64,000 nt of DNA, taken from assembly GCA_965248065.1 (NCBI GenBank), contig OZ252088.1, positions 2,709,202 through 2,773,201 of the forward strand. The letters run 5' to 3'. Numbering within the stretch: the stretch's first letter is position 1; each line of letters starts with the position of its first letter. The DNA is from Dehalococcoidia bacterium. Lineage in GTDB: Bacteria > Chloroflexota > Dehalococcoidia > Lucifugimonadales > Australimonadaceae. This document shows positions 28,080-37,540 of this stretch, in pieces. The notes beneath the pieces were generated by a model that saw only the letters and a list, made by a program, of their open reading frames with translations, was not told the DNA's origin and did not search any database. Position numbers and translations under genes: made by a program.

Positions 28080-28771
28080 GGCGCGCTCGCCTTCATCCCC
28101 CGCCGGCCCGTCGCGCAGAGGTCGGCGAGCACGCACGACGCGCATCGCGGCTCACGCTTCACGCATACCTCCTTGGCGTGGGCGTCGAGGAGCGCATGGT
28201 ACTCGTTGTAAAGCTGGGCGTCGTGCGGGAGATTCTGCTCGAAAAGCGCCTGATAGGCATCGTAGCCCCTCAGCGCGCGGCGCGGCATCATGCGATCGAT
28301 GATGCGCTGGGTGTAGACGTCGATCACAAAGGACGGGAGGCCTGCTGCGTAGAGAACGATGTCATCCGCGGTCTCCGGCCCTATGCCGTGGACGGCGAGC
28401 AGCTCGGCGCGCAGCCGGCGGGGGTCCATGCGGCGCCACTCCTCGACGCTGTCGCCGTAGCGTCCCAGGAAATCGGCCATGGCCTTGAGCTTGCGGGCCT
28501 TGGCGTTGAAATAGCCGCTGGGCCGGACCGTCTCGGCGAGGTCGGGCTCCGGCGCGGCGCGCAGGGCCGACGCGGACATCAGCCCAGCCGCCCTGAGGTT
28601 GGCGATGGCTCGCGCGGCGTTCATCCACGCCGTGTTCTGGGTGAGTATCGCGCCGATGATCGTCTCGAACGGGCCGTCGCCGGGCCACCAGCCCTGGGGG
28701 CCGTAGTGGTCGAAGAGCCGCCGGTACACCTCGCCGAGCAGCTGGGCCGCGCGCGCGGAGCGGGGCGTCAC
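28076..28771 (-). CDS. Endonuclease III-like HhH-GPD DNA glycosylase
   Basis: FETIIGAILTQNTAW, LLAVHGIGPETADDI, C-terminal CxxxxPxCxxCxLxxxC Fe-S motif. Confidence 0.9.
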   Translation of the reverse strand: MTPRSARAAQLLGEVYRRLFDHYGPQGWWPGDGPFETIIGAILTQNTAWMNAARAIANLRAAGLMSASALRAAPEPDLAETVRPSGYFNAKARKLKAMADFLGRYGDSVEEWRRMDPRRLRAELLAVHGIGPETADDIVLYAAGLPSFVIDVYTQRIIDRMMPRRALRGYDAYQALFEQNLPHDAQLYNEYHALLDAHAKEVCVKREPRCASCVLADLCATGRRGMKASAP

Positions 28772-29535
28772 GCTGGCTCCGTGACGACGTCGACGCGCTT
28801 CACCGGCGTGATGGACGCCGTCGTCACCTCGCAGCCGATGCCGTAGAACTCGACGCCCGCGCGGGCGGACGCGGCCACAGCGACGGCGAAGGCAGGGTCA
28901 GCGGGATGCATGGCGACGGCGCGGGCGTCGGCGCGCTGGACCACGAAGAAGACGGCGGCCCGCTCGCCTTGGGCGACCGCCTTGGCCAGCTCCTCGACGT
29001 GCTTGCGGCCGCGGACGGTAGGGGCGTCCGGAAACAGCGCCACGCCGTCCTCGACGAGATTGCAGTTCTTCGCCTCGCCCCAGCACCGGTCCTCCCCTAC
29101 CCTCGCGGACGGGCGGCCGGGAAGCTGGGCCGGGCCCTCGAACAACAAGTCGAGCCTGCTCGCACCGTAGGCAACCTCCCTCCGGACGCGCTCGAAGTCG
29201 TTGAACTCAGGGAGTAGCCCGGCCCGCCACGCCTCGATCACGATGCCAGGAGGCCGCCGGGAGTCAACGCCGACCCACCGCCCTCCGTACTCGACCAGCT
29301 CGACATCGAAGCTCGTCCGGCGTTTGGGGGACGCGGCATGCCGCAGCAGGACGCTTGCGCCCGGCACGAAGAGCTCCGCCATGCGCCCCGAATTGGGGAC
29401 GTGCGCCAGCTGCAACGAGCCGTCAATCTCCACCTCGGCGGCGAACCGGTTGGGCCGGCGGACGAACGTTGCGATTAGGCTCGGGGCGGGAGCGGGGGGT
29501 ACGGAAGTTGTCGGTCTGCTATCGTCGTTCGTCAT
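28768..29535 (-). CDS. sfsA: SfsA-family DNA/RNA nuclease
   Basis: RRPNRF...AHVPNSGRMAEL, SRLDLL, EAKNCNLV, FPDAPTVRGRKHVEEL. Start uncertain. Confidence 0.88.
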   Translation of the reverse strand: MTNDDSRPTTSVPPAPAPSLIATFVRRPNRFAAEVEIDGSLQLAHVPNSGRMAELFVPGASVLLRHAASPKRRTSFDVELVEYGGRWVGVDSRRPPGIVIEAWRAGLLPEFNDFERVRREVAYGASRLDLLFEGPAQLPGRPSARVGEDRCWGEAKNCNLVEDGVALFPDAPTVRGRKHVEELAKAVAQGERAAVFFVVQRADARAVAMHPADPAFAVAVAASARAGVEFYGIGCEVTTASITPVKRVDVVTEPA

Positions 29536-29719
29536 ATCATCCGGCGGCTCCGAGGCCTTTGGGCGGCGTCCCGGCCCCGTCCAGTGGCTCTGTGGAGCGG
29601 GGGGTGGCGACACTCCATCGTAGGGGGCGCGGGGGGATTGGGCAATGGGCAAGTGTCAGTGGTAACTGTTCAGAGCTGATGAGGCGGTTGAGACGATTCT
29701 AAGTCTGATGCGTGAATCT

Positions 29720-30332
29720 TCACGGGGCAATGCCGATAAGAACCAGCGGGACCGCGGGAACTCCGCGCCCTTGCCGGAGCACGTTCAGCAAATCTCGTTC
29801 GTAGTAAGGAACACCGGAGGACATTTCCCGTTCCAGTTCCTTCATAGGAAGTATCTCGATACCCACGTCAATGATGTCCGACACGTAGAAGCTGAGATGC
29901 TTCACAAACAGGTCGTGTGCAACAAAAGCGTACTTGCCTAATTGGACTTCCACCGCAACACGATCTTTCACGAAGTCGGTCTGGTTGTAAGACATTATCG
30001 GCGATTGCCCGGGCTTGCTCTATCGCCTGTTTCTGTTGGCCCTCTGGCAAATCGTAAATGCTACGTAGGAGCTTCTCGTCAGCAGTTACCCAGAAGGTAT
30101 TCCGACGCTCGCTCCATCCTAACGCTTCAAACCCATCCTTGAAGGCTTGATTCATGTCGGCGGGGGAGAACAGCGTTCTGCCTCGCATCGTCTTCTCCTT
30201 TGAGACTTTGGTCCGGCAGGCGAAGGCATCGATCCCTACTATCACGCTTTGCACTTCCTCCCACAACTGCTTGCGGTGAACGAGCAGATATTCCTCGCCA
30301 TTGAGGTGTGAGTAGCGAGCCTTGATCTGCAT
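29720..30332 (-). pseudogene. BstYI/BglII-family type II restriction endonuclease, +1 frameshift at ~30011-30013
   Basis: YSHLNGEEY...SYNQTDFVKDRVAVEVQLGKY...GRGVPAVPLVLIGIAP closely follows the BstYI sequence as I recall it. Removing one base gives 203 aa. Confidence 0.88.
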
Positions 30333-31258
30333 CAGTGTCCCCCATTGGGCTTCGCAGGATCGTAGATTGGCTTCCCCATTGGGCGAGTCCGGAGGTTCCC
30401 CATATGCAATTGGTGTACTCGTTGTCGAGCAATATCCACATACTCAGAAACAATGTCACACCCGTAGGCGGCACGGCTGTGCCTGAGCGCGGCAACGACG
30501 GATGACCCAACTCCCATATATGGATCGAATACCGCGTCCTTCGCATTGGTCATGGAAAGGACGAGGCGCTCCACTAGTTCAACGGGAAACTGGCAAGGAT
30601 GGATCGTCTTCTCCGGGTGGTTGTTCTTGACATTCGGGAATTCCCACACATCGCTCGGATTCTTACCCTTTGGGTTTCCCGACAGCTTGCCGATGTTCGG
30701 ACCCTTGAAATAGCGCTTGCCTGGATACTTTGACGGAACCCTGATCGGATCGAGATTCCATGTATAGTCGTCATTCTTCATCCACCAGTTAATAGTCTCG
30801 TATCGCCCGGATAACCGCCTTGTGGAATGCAGACCGTGCCCGAAGTGCCAGATGATCCGATTGCGGAGCTTGAGTCCCTGATTGCGGAACATGGGGTAGA
30901 GGACGGCGTCGAGGGGGACGATCTCCCCGTTATTGACGTAGTTTCCGACCTGCCAGCAAATCGATCCCTGAGGATGGAGAACTCGAACACACTCGCTGAT
31001 TACGCGCTCTTGTGCCTTAAGATAGTCGTCGAGTGACGTCTTGGCCTCGTAGTCCTTGCCCAAGTTGTACGGGGGTGAAGTAACGACTAGCTTCATCTGC
31101 CCATCGGGAAGCCTCTTCATAAAGGCAAGGTTGTCTTCGCAGGCTAGGACGATTTGGTCGTTAGTGGTCACTCGACCAGCCAGCGATGCCGCAGAGGCGA
31201 AAGCCAGCTTCCCTGAGGTGCCTTTCGTGAAGGGTTGAGACTCACTGGTATATTGCAT
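30332..31258 (-). CDS. Beta-class N4-cytosine/N6-adenine DNA methyltransferase (cognate of the BstYI-like REase)
   Basis: TSPPY motif IV, HPCQFP, FDPYMGVGSS motif I. TGATG overlap with the REase start. Confidence 0.92.
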   Translation of the reverse strand: MQYTSESQPFTKGTSGKLAFASAASLAGRVTTNDQIVLACEDNLAFMKRLPDGQMKLVVTSPPYNLGKDYEAKTSLDDYLKAQERVISECVRVLHPQGSICWQVGNYVNNGEIVPLDAVLYPMFRNQGLKLRNRIIWHFGHGLHSTRRLSGRYETINWWMKNDDYTWNLDPIRVPSKYPGKRYFKGPNIGKLSGNPKGKNPSDVWEFPNVKNNHPEKTIHPCQFPVELVERLVLSMTNAKDAVFDPYMGVGSSVVAALRHSRAAYGCDIVSEYVDIARQRVHQLHMGNLRTRPMGKPIYDPAKPNGGH

Positions 31259-31345
31259 GGGAGAAGACCTCTCTCAGCGCATTTCGAGTCAATCCTGTAT
31301 ACTACGATACTCTCAATATGCAAGGGGGCGTTGGCATGCAAGGGG

Positions 31346-31470
31346 GTAACTGTTCAGACTTCGTGTGGTCCGTCTCGCCCAGCGGTCTCACCGATAGCAC
31401 GGTTTACCTCTGACCAGATCGTTACCCACGCTCTCCGCAGGCATTCGCCTCATCAACTCTGAACAGTTAC
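31346..31470. mobile_element. 125-bp MITE with TIR GTAACTGTTCAGA
   Basis: GTAACTGTTCAGA at 31346-31358 and TCTGAACAGTTAC at 31458-31470. No ORF; no TSD found. Confidence 0.65.
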
Positions 31471-31659
31471 GCGGGAAGGCCCACTGTCCATGCCGCGGGG
31501 GTGGACGGCGAGACCGGCGTCCCTCAGCGTCTCCCTCCGGCTTAGAGTGACGCTGCCGAAGGTTCCCGCCTTCACCAAGGACCGCATCGCCTGGGCAGGC
31601 AGGTTGAACAGGGGATGTTCGAACGCAGGTCCGCCGCGCCGCTGTTGTATAGTCCGGAC

Positions 31660-31839
31660 ATGGAAATTCGCCAGTGCGACGAGTGCGGGACGCCGGTCGA
31701 GACAAGCGTCGACGGCGTGGTCCAGTGCCCCACGTGCCTGACGACGTACGTCGATTCCCAGCTCACGGACGACACCATCATCGAGGAGAGTCTCTCCCTC
31801 AGCGACGTCCTACGCATGGTCAGCGAGGCCCAGCGGTGA
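31660..31839 (+). CDS. Small zinc-ribbon protein
   Basis: CDEC...CPTC, 59 aa. Stop overlaps the GTG start of the enoyl-CoA hydratase. Confidence 0.7.
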   Translation: MEIRQCDECGTPVETSVDGVVQCPTCLTTYVDSQLTDDTIIEESLSLSDVLRMVSEAQR

Positions 31840-32624
31840 GCGACGAGCTTCTCGTGCAGCGCGACGGCCCCGTTGCGACCGTCATCATCAACCGGCCCGA
31901 GCAGCGCAACGCCATCTCCCACGCCATGTGGCAAGCCTTCCCCAGCCTTCTGGCCGAGCTGGATGCCGACGATTCGGTGCGGGTCGTCGTCTTTACCGGC
32001 GCGGGCGACAAGGCCTTCTCCGCAGGGGCCGACATCAAGGACTTCGAGGAGACCCGCAGCACACCGGAGAGTGCGCGCGGCTACCGCGGCACGGTCAACG
32101 CCGCCTGCGAGGCCATCGGACGCTTGTCCAAGCCCACCATCGCCTCCATACGCGGCTACTGTCTCGGCGGCGGCTTCGAGCTCGCGCTCTACGCGGACAT
32201 CCGCATCGCCGCCTCCGACGCGCAGCTTGGCCTGCCCGCCGCGAAACGCGGCATCGTCATCTCCCACGGCCACGTGGACCGGGTCATGCGCCTGGCGGGC
32301 TCCGGGGGCGCGAGCTATCTCCTCCTGACGGGACGCTCCATCTCCGCCGACCGAGCCCTTGCCGCCGGCCTCGTCAGCGTCGTGGTCGAGCCGGAGAATT
32401 TGCAGGACGAGACCGGCGTTCTCGCCGCCGAGATTGCCGAGCTGTCGCCGGTGTCACACCGCTTCCACAAGGAAGTCGTGCGCGACCTCCTCGAGTTCGG
32501 ACCGGCGGACCAAGTCCCCCAGGAGCGTCACGACGCGCTGCGGACAACCGAGGCCAGCGAGGACTTTCTGGAGGGCGTCCGCTCCTTCAAAGAGAAGCGC
32601 AAGCCCCAATTTCCTGGACGCTGA
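31836..32624 (+). CDS. Enoyl-CoA hydratase/isomerase family protein
   Basis: INRPEQRNA, FSAGADI, CLGGGFELA...DIRIA. Confidence 0.92.
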   Translation: MSDELLVQRDGPVATVIINRPEQRNAISHAMWQAFPSLLAELDADDSVRVVVFTGAGDKAFSAGADIKDFEETRSTPESARGYRGTVNAACEAIGRLSKPTIASIRGYCLGGGFELALYADIRIAASDAQLGLPAAKRGIVISHGHVDRVMRLAGSGGASYLLLTGRSISADRALAAGLVSVVVEPENLQDETGVLAAEIAELSPVSHRFHKEVVRDLLEFGPADQVPQERHDALRTTEASEDFLEGVRSFKEKRKPQFPGR

Positions 32625-32751
32625 CTAGACAAACGCCCTCCCGCGTGCCATCGTTCACCTCCTAGGACATGCCCCCTCTCTAGCTCTCCCCCGTCGACGG
32701 GGGAGAGGACCTGATAAGCCTCGATAGAGGGGAAGCGCGAAAGGAGACGTT

Positions 32752-33738
32752 ATGGCAGAAATCGTACTTGGACTCGGCACGTCCCACTCGCCTCTCCTCA
32801 GCATCCCCAACGGGCTCTGGGCCTCGTACGCGGAGCGAGACAAGGAGAACCGGAGCCTCTATCGCGTCCCGGACGGCAAGCACGTCAACTACGAAGAACT
32901 CCTCTCCGAGGCCGACCCCGCCGTCAGGAAGGAGCTGACCGAGGACGTGTTCGAACGGCGACACGAGGCCAACCAGCGCGGCATCGCAAAGGTGGCCGAG
33001 GCCCTCGCCCAAGCCGACCCGGACGTGCTCATCATGTTCGGCGACGACCAGAGCGAGATCTTCGACAAGGAGGCGATGCCTCCCTTCTGCGTCTTCTGGC
33101 AGGACGAGGTGTCGTTCGCGCCCCGCGCCGGCCGCAACCAAGAGTCAGACCGGGCCCGCATCGACTATTACGGCGGAGACGACGCTCGCCTCTACCCCGT
33201 CCACGCTGAGCTGGGCAGGCATATCGTCCAGTCGTTGAACGACCAGAACTTCGACACGATGCACGTCCGCCGGATGAGGGAAGGGCAGAACATGAGCCAC
33301 GCCTTCGGGTTCGTCTGGCGCCGGCTGATGTCCGGCAAGATCGTGCCGACGGTCCCCGTCCACATCAACACTTATTTCCCGCCCAACCAGCCGACGCCCG
33401 AGCGCTGCTGGAACTTCGGCAAGGCGGTCCGGGAGGCCGTGTCGAGCTGGGACAGCGGGACGCGCGTCGCGGTCCTCGGCTCCGGCGGCTTCAGCCACTT
33501 CATCGTCGACGAGGAGATCGACCAGCGCTGCCTCAAGCTCATCGAGGAGCGCGACGAGCAAGGAGTCGCCGCCCTGCCGACGGAGCGGCTCCAAGCCGGG
33601 ACCTCCGAGATACGAAACTGGTTCGCAGCGGCCGGCGCGATGGGCGACGACATGGAGTTCGACCTGTTCGATTACGTCCCCTGCTACCGCTCCGAGGCAG
33701 GCACGGGCTGCGGCATGGCGTTCGCCAAGTGGTCGTAG
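32752..33738 (+). CDS. LigB-family (class III) extradiol ring-cleavage dioxygenase
   Basis: LGTSHSP, GDDQ, SHAFGFV, GSGGFSH, GTSEIRNW. Confidence 0.88.
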   Translation: MAEIVLGLGTSHSPLLSIPNGLWASYAERDKENRSLYRVPDGKHVNYEELLSEADPAVRKELTEDVFERRHEANQRGIAKVAEALAQADPDVLIMFGDDQSEIFDKEAMPPFCVFWQDEVSFAPRAGRNQESDRARIDYYGGDDARLYPVHAELGRHIVQSLNDQNFDTMHVRRMREGQNMSHAFGFVWRRLMSGKIVPTVPVHINTYFPPNQPTPERCWNFGKAVREAVSSWDSGTRVAVLGSGGFSHFIVDEEIDQRCLKLIEERDEQGVAALPTERLQAGTSEIRNWFAAAGAMGDDMEFDLFDYVPCYRSEAGTGCGMAFAKWS

Positions 33739-33774
33739 CCTAGCTGCCGGCGGGTCGTTTGGCGCTCGCCTGCG

Positions 33775-34641
33775 TCACCAAGGCAGCATTGGCTCAGCCG
33801 CGAAGGCGACGAACGCTAACGCCAGGTACACTAGCGAGAACTTGTACGCCGCGACGATTTCGCGCACGCCGTAGCTGTCGAGCAACGGCCATGCGGTCCG
33901 CAGCCAATTCACGCCGAGCAGCGTCGTAACCACCGCGAAGGTCAGCCCGCCGTAGCCCGCAGCCAGTGGAAGCCACGCCATCGCCGTGAGCAGGGCGATG
34001 TACAGCAGCACTTGCCGCACGGTGTCGCGCCGGCTGGCCACCGCCGCCAGCATCGGCACCTTCGCGGCGGCGTAGTCCTCCCGCAGCAGCATCGAGAGCG
34101 TCCAGAAGTGCGGGGGGGTCCAGAAGAAGACGAAGGCGAACATGTAGACTCCCACCGGCGTGATCTCCGAAGAGACGGCGGCCGCGCCGATGAGGGGAGG
34201 GAACGCTCCCGCGGCCCCGCCGATGACGATGTTGTTCCACGAGCGGCGCTTCAGGAGCATGGTGTAGACCAGCACGTAGACAGCCGCAGCGCCGAGGGTG
34301 AGCGCCGCCGCCAGCAGGTTCGCCCCCGCCGCCATGAGCGCCGTCGCCACCGCCACCAACGCCACCCCAATGACGGCGGCGCCGCGCGGACTCACCTCCT
34401 GCGCGGGCACGGGGCGCGTCCGGGTGCGGCGCATCACCGTGTCAATGTCCGCGTCCAAGCCCTGATTGATGGCGTTGGCGCCCGCGGCGGCGAGTGCGCC
34501 CGCGACGACGACCGTCAGCAGCACACCCACGTCCGGCGGCCCCTCCGCCGCCCGCCAGGCTCCCGCGGCCCCGGTCAGCACGAGCAGGGATATGACCCGC
34601 GGCTTGGAGAGCGCGACGACACGGCGTAGGAACGCCGCCAT
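33775..34641 (-). CDS. ctaB: Protoheme IX farnesyltransferase (heme o synthase)
   Basis: LSKPRVISL, DADIDTVMRRTRTRP, VYTMLLKRRS, GGAAGAFPPLIG, WTPPHFW. Confidence 0.93.
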   Translation of the reverse strand: MAAFLRRVVALSKPRVISLLVLTGAAGAWRAAEGPPDVGVLLTVVVAGALAAAGANAINQGLDADIDTVMRRTRTRPVPAQEVSPRGAAVIGVALVAVATALMAAGANLLAAALTLGAAAVYVLVYTMLLKRRSWNNIVIGGAAGAFPPLIGAAAVSSEITPVGVYMFAFVFFWTPPHFWTLSMLLREDYAAAKVPMLAAVASRRDTVRQVLLYIALLTAMAWLPLAAGYGGLTFAVVTTLLGVNWLRTAWPLLDSYGVREIVAAYKFSLVYLALAFVAFAAEPMLPW

Positions 34642-35519
34642 CAGCGCGACCGTCCGAGCAGCGCGAAGCTCAGCTGGGCCACGACGGCCCACCACACCGC
34701 GGCAGCCAGTCCTAGGTGCAACACCCTCAGCGCTTGGGGCAGCTGCAGCGCCACCGCGCTCACCCCTACCGCGATCTGCACGCCCGCCAGCAGCGCGGCT
34801 ATGACGCTCAGCCGCAGCGTCCAGCCGCCCGCATTGCGCGCCTGCCACGCGGTCCACGCGAGCGCCAGCAGCAGCAGCGTCGCCGCTACACGGTGCGTGA
34901 GATGCAAGCCCGTGGCCTCCGCGCTGCTGCGCGCGTCGCACAGCGGCAGACCGGGGCACCCCGCGCTCTGCCCCGTGCCTACGATCGCTCCGCCCGCGAG
35001 CAGGACGAACCCCGCTGCGACGGCGAGAGTCCGCCATCGCTCGACGCCCGGCGGCGGGGTTAGGCGCACGTCGAGCGCTCGGACCGCGCCTGCCGTGAGC
35101 AGCGCCAGCGTCAGCATCGAAAAGGCCAAGTGCGCCAGCCGCACCATGCCGTGCAGCTCCGTGAGCACGGTGACGCCCCCCAGCACCGCCTGCGCAAGGA
35201 CCGCCGCCAGCGCGCCGACAAGCAGGCGGGCGCTCAGCCAGTCGGCGCGACGGGCGCGGAACGCGAACAGCGCAGAGACGGCAACGAGCAGCATCGTCAC
35301 GCCAGCGTAGGCGCGATGCCCGAACTCGATGGCCGTCGCGCCCTCGATCTCCGGGATGAGCACTCCCTCGCACAGCGGCCAGTCCGGGCAGCCCAGGCCG
35401 GAGCCCGATACGCGCACCCACGCTCCGTAGGCGATGAGACCGAATGTCAGCACTGCCGATCCGAGCGCAAGCCATCCGGCGCGGCGGGTATACGCCGTAC
35501 GAGGTTCCCGCGCCTGCAT
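34641..35519 (-). CDS. ctaA: COX15/CtaA-family heme A synthase
   Basis: GAWVRVSGSGLGCPDWPLC, EFGHR, GCPGLPLC, LHLTHR, VLHLGLA. Confidence 0.88.
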   Translation of the reverse strand: MQAREPRTAYTRRAGWLALGSAVLTFGLIAYGAWVRVSGSGLGCPDWPLCEGVLIPEIEGATAIEFGHRAYAGVTMLLVAVSALFAFRARRADWLSARLLVGALAAVLAQAVLGGVTVLTELHGMVRLAHLAFSMLTLALLTAGAVRALDVRLTPPPGVERWRTLAVAAGFVLLAGGAIVGTGQSAGCPGLPLCDARSSAEATGLHLTHRVAATLLLLALAWTAWQARNAGGWTLRLSVIAALLAGVQIAVGVSAVALQLPQALRVLHLGLAAAVWWAVVAQLSFALLGRSR

Positions 35520-35524
35520 GGGCC

Positions 35525-35725
35525 CTACACACTCCTCGATGACATGACCGCCAGCAGGACAATCAGCCCCGCGGGCAGCAATGTCCACACGACCTCAGCC
35601 GAGCGCGCTCCCCAGATGCCGCGCGCGGCATGCGTGCGCACGGGCATACGCAAGGCCGTGACGATAATGGCTGCTTCGGCCAGCGCCATCAGGCTAACGA
35701 CTATCCAGAATCCTGCGGTGGGCAT
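35525..35725 (-). CDS. Small two-TM protein resembling the cytochrome c oxidase subunit II transmembrane segment
   Basis: EVVWTLLPAGLIVLLAV resembles the COX2_TM EIxWTxxP motif. No CuA domain; first gene of the ctaAB run. Confidence 0.65.
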   Translation of the reverse strand: MPTAGFWIVVSLMALAEAAIIVTALRMPVRTHAARGIWGARSAEVVWTLLPAGLIVLLAVMSSRSV

Positions 35726-35850
35726 TTATGATGCGCTACATGAACCGCGCGCGGTTTGCCGTGTGGCAAGGCCGCGCGCTTACTCTATGGTAGCGTAACC
35801 GAGTCCGCCGCCGCTACGGCGCGAGAGTCCCAGGGCTCGCCGGAGGGAGT

Positions 35851-36615
35851 ATGGACATTCGAGAAGAAGAACTCGATCTACCCGTGGGCGAGGGGACGAT
35901 GGCCACGTTCCTGTACCGGCCCGACGACGACGAGCCCCGGCCGGCCATCATCATGGTCCACGACGCGCTCGGCCTCAGCGTCGACGCCCGCGCCCAAGCG
36001 CGATGGATCGCTGAGCAGGGCTACGTGGTCGCCGCGCCGGACACGTTCCACCGGGCGGGGTGCCTGCTGACCACGACCGCCCTCGGCGGCGGCGACCAAG
36101 CGACCCGCCGCATCCGCGAGGGTATGACCAACGACGGGCACCGCGCCGATATGGCCCGCCTCGCCGCCTTCCTCAGAGAGCAGCCGGGCGTTAACGGGCG
36201 CGTGGGGCTGACCGGCTTCTGCCTGGGCGGACGCATCGCCTACCTGGGCGCGACGATGGGCGGCGTGTTCGACGCCGTCGTCGCTTTCTATCCGACGCGC
36301 CTCCGCGAGCCGGACCCCGCCATCCCCGGCTCACCGCGCCCTATCGACGACGCAGGCAATATCACGCAGCCCCTGCTCATGTTCTTTCCGGAGCTCGACG
36401 GCTCCAACCCGGCGGAGGGAGTGGAAGTCATCCGCGCCGCCTCCGAGGACTCTCCCGGCGAGGTCGAGGCGGTCTGGGTCGAGGGGGCAGACCACGGGTT
36501 CGCCCAGCCCGCAGGCGGCAAGCATCACCCCCAGCGCAGCGCCGAGGCGTGGGAGCGGGCGCTCTCATTCTTCGCCGAGCATCTCAGCGCCACGCCCTCG
36601 CGGACGGGGCAATAG
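35851..36615 (+). CDS. Dienelactone hydrolase family protein
   Basis: GFCLGG nucleophile elbow, GADHGF. Confidence 0.9.
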   Translation: MDIREEELDLPVGEGTMATFLYRPDDDEPRPAIIMVHDALGLSVDARAQARWIAEQGYVVAAPDTFHRAGCLLTTTALGGGDQATRRIREGMTNDGHRADMARLAAFLREQPGVNGRVGLTGFCLGGRIAYLGATMGGVFDAVVAFYPTRLREPDPAIPGSPRPIDDAGNITQPLLMFFPELDGSNPAEGVEVIRAASEDSPGEVEAVWVEGADHGFAQPAGGKHHPQRSAEAWERALSFFAEHLSATPSRTGQ

Positions 36616-36630
36616 CGACAAGGAGCGCAC

Positions 36631-37365
36631 ATGGACATCATCGAGCAAATCATCGACATCCAGACAGCCGACGGACCGATGGCAGCGCCGGGCGCGCGCC
36701 CGGCAACCGGCGGCCCCCATCCCGCCGTCATCGTCGTCATGGAAGCGTTTGGGGTGAACCTGAACATCATCGGCATCGCCTCGCGCTTCGCCGAGCAGGG
36801 CTACGTCGCCGTCGCGCCCGACCTCTTCCATCGTTCGGGCCGCCTCCGCTACGCCCCCTACGACAAGCTCCAAGAGATGCGAGCCGAGCTCCGCGTCGGC
36901 TTCAGCGACGCATCGGTCGACGCGGACATTCAGTCCACCATCGACCACCTCAATGCCGACCCCGGCGTCAGCGGCGCCATCGGCATCGTGGGCTTCTGCC
37001 TCGGCGGGCGCATCTCCATGCAGTCCGCCGTTCGAGCAAGCGGCCTCTCCGGAGCGGCCATTTACTACGGCGGCTTCATGTTCCCCGGCGGCGACCAGCC
37101 CGAGGCGTTCTCCGCGCTCGCCGAGTCCCCGGACCTGAACATCCCCGTCGTCGGTTTCTTCGGCAACGGCGACCAGAACCCCACGCCCGAGCAGGCCCAC
37201 GCCTTGGACGACCGCCTAACTGCCCTGGGCAAGGAGCACCGCTTCCACTACTACGACGGCGCCGGTCATGGCTTCTTCTGCGACGACCGCGGCAGCCACA
37301 ACTCCCAAGCCGCTGCCGACGCGTGGGAGAAAACCCTCGCGTTCTTCGCCCAAAGCCTTCGCTGA
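36631..37365 (+). CDS. Dienelactone hydrolase family protein (tandem paralogue)
   Basis: MEAFGVN, APDLFHR, GFCLGG, GAGHGF. Confidence 0.92.
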   Translation: MDIIEQIIDIQTADGPMAAPGARPATGGPHPAVIVVMEAFGVNLNIIGIASRFAEQGYVAVAPDLFHRSGRLRYAPYDKLQEMRAELRVGFSDASVDADIQSTIDHLNADPGVSGAIGIVGFCLGGRISMQSAVRASGLSGAAIYYGGFMFPGGDQPEAFSALAESPDLNIPVVGFFGNGDQNPTPEQAHALDDRLTALGKEHRFHYYDGAGHGFFCDDRGSHNSQAAADAWEKTLAFFAQSLR

Positions 37366-37374
37366 GGCCCCTCC

Positions 37375-37521
37375 TCAGTCCTCCCCCTCAGACGAGGGAG
37401 GAGATTAATAGTGCTCCCCCTCAGACGGGGGAGGTGGTGGTAATACTCCCCCGCAGACGGGGAAAGACGGGCTGCGAGGTTCCCGCCTGCGCGGGAATGA
37501 CGGGTGAGGACGGGAATGACG
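37375..37521. repeat. Cluster of REP palindromes (three CTCCCCC-CAGAC-GGGG units plus a GGGAATGAC unit)
   Basis: Between convergent genes; intact units at 37446-37462 and 37478-37502. Confidence 0.75.
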
Positions 37522-37540
37522 GGTGGGACGGGGGAGAAGG

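Larger units (their letters stand above)
29662..31470. mobile_element. Cassette bracketed by 25-bp inverted repeats carrying a type II R-M system
   Basis: GTAACTGTTCAGAGCTGATGAGGCG (29662-29686) versus the reverse complement of 31446-31470: 24/25 identical. Confidence 0.7.

Noticed and set aside
33775-35562. 595-aa ORF as a CtaA-CtaB fusion
   Set aside because: ctaA is in a different frame; the upstream part of this ORF is shadow translation, and ctaB starts at 34641.
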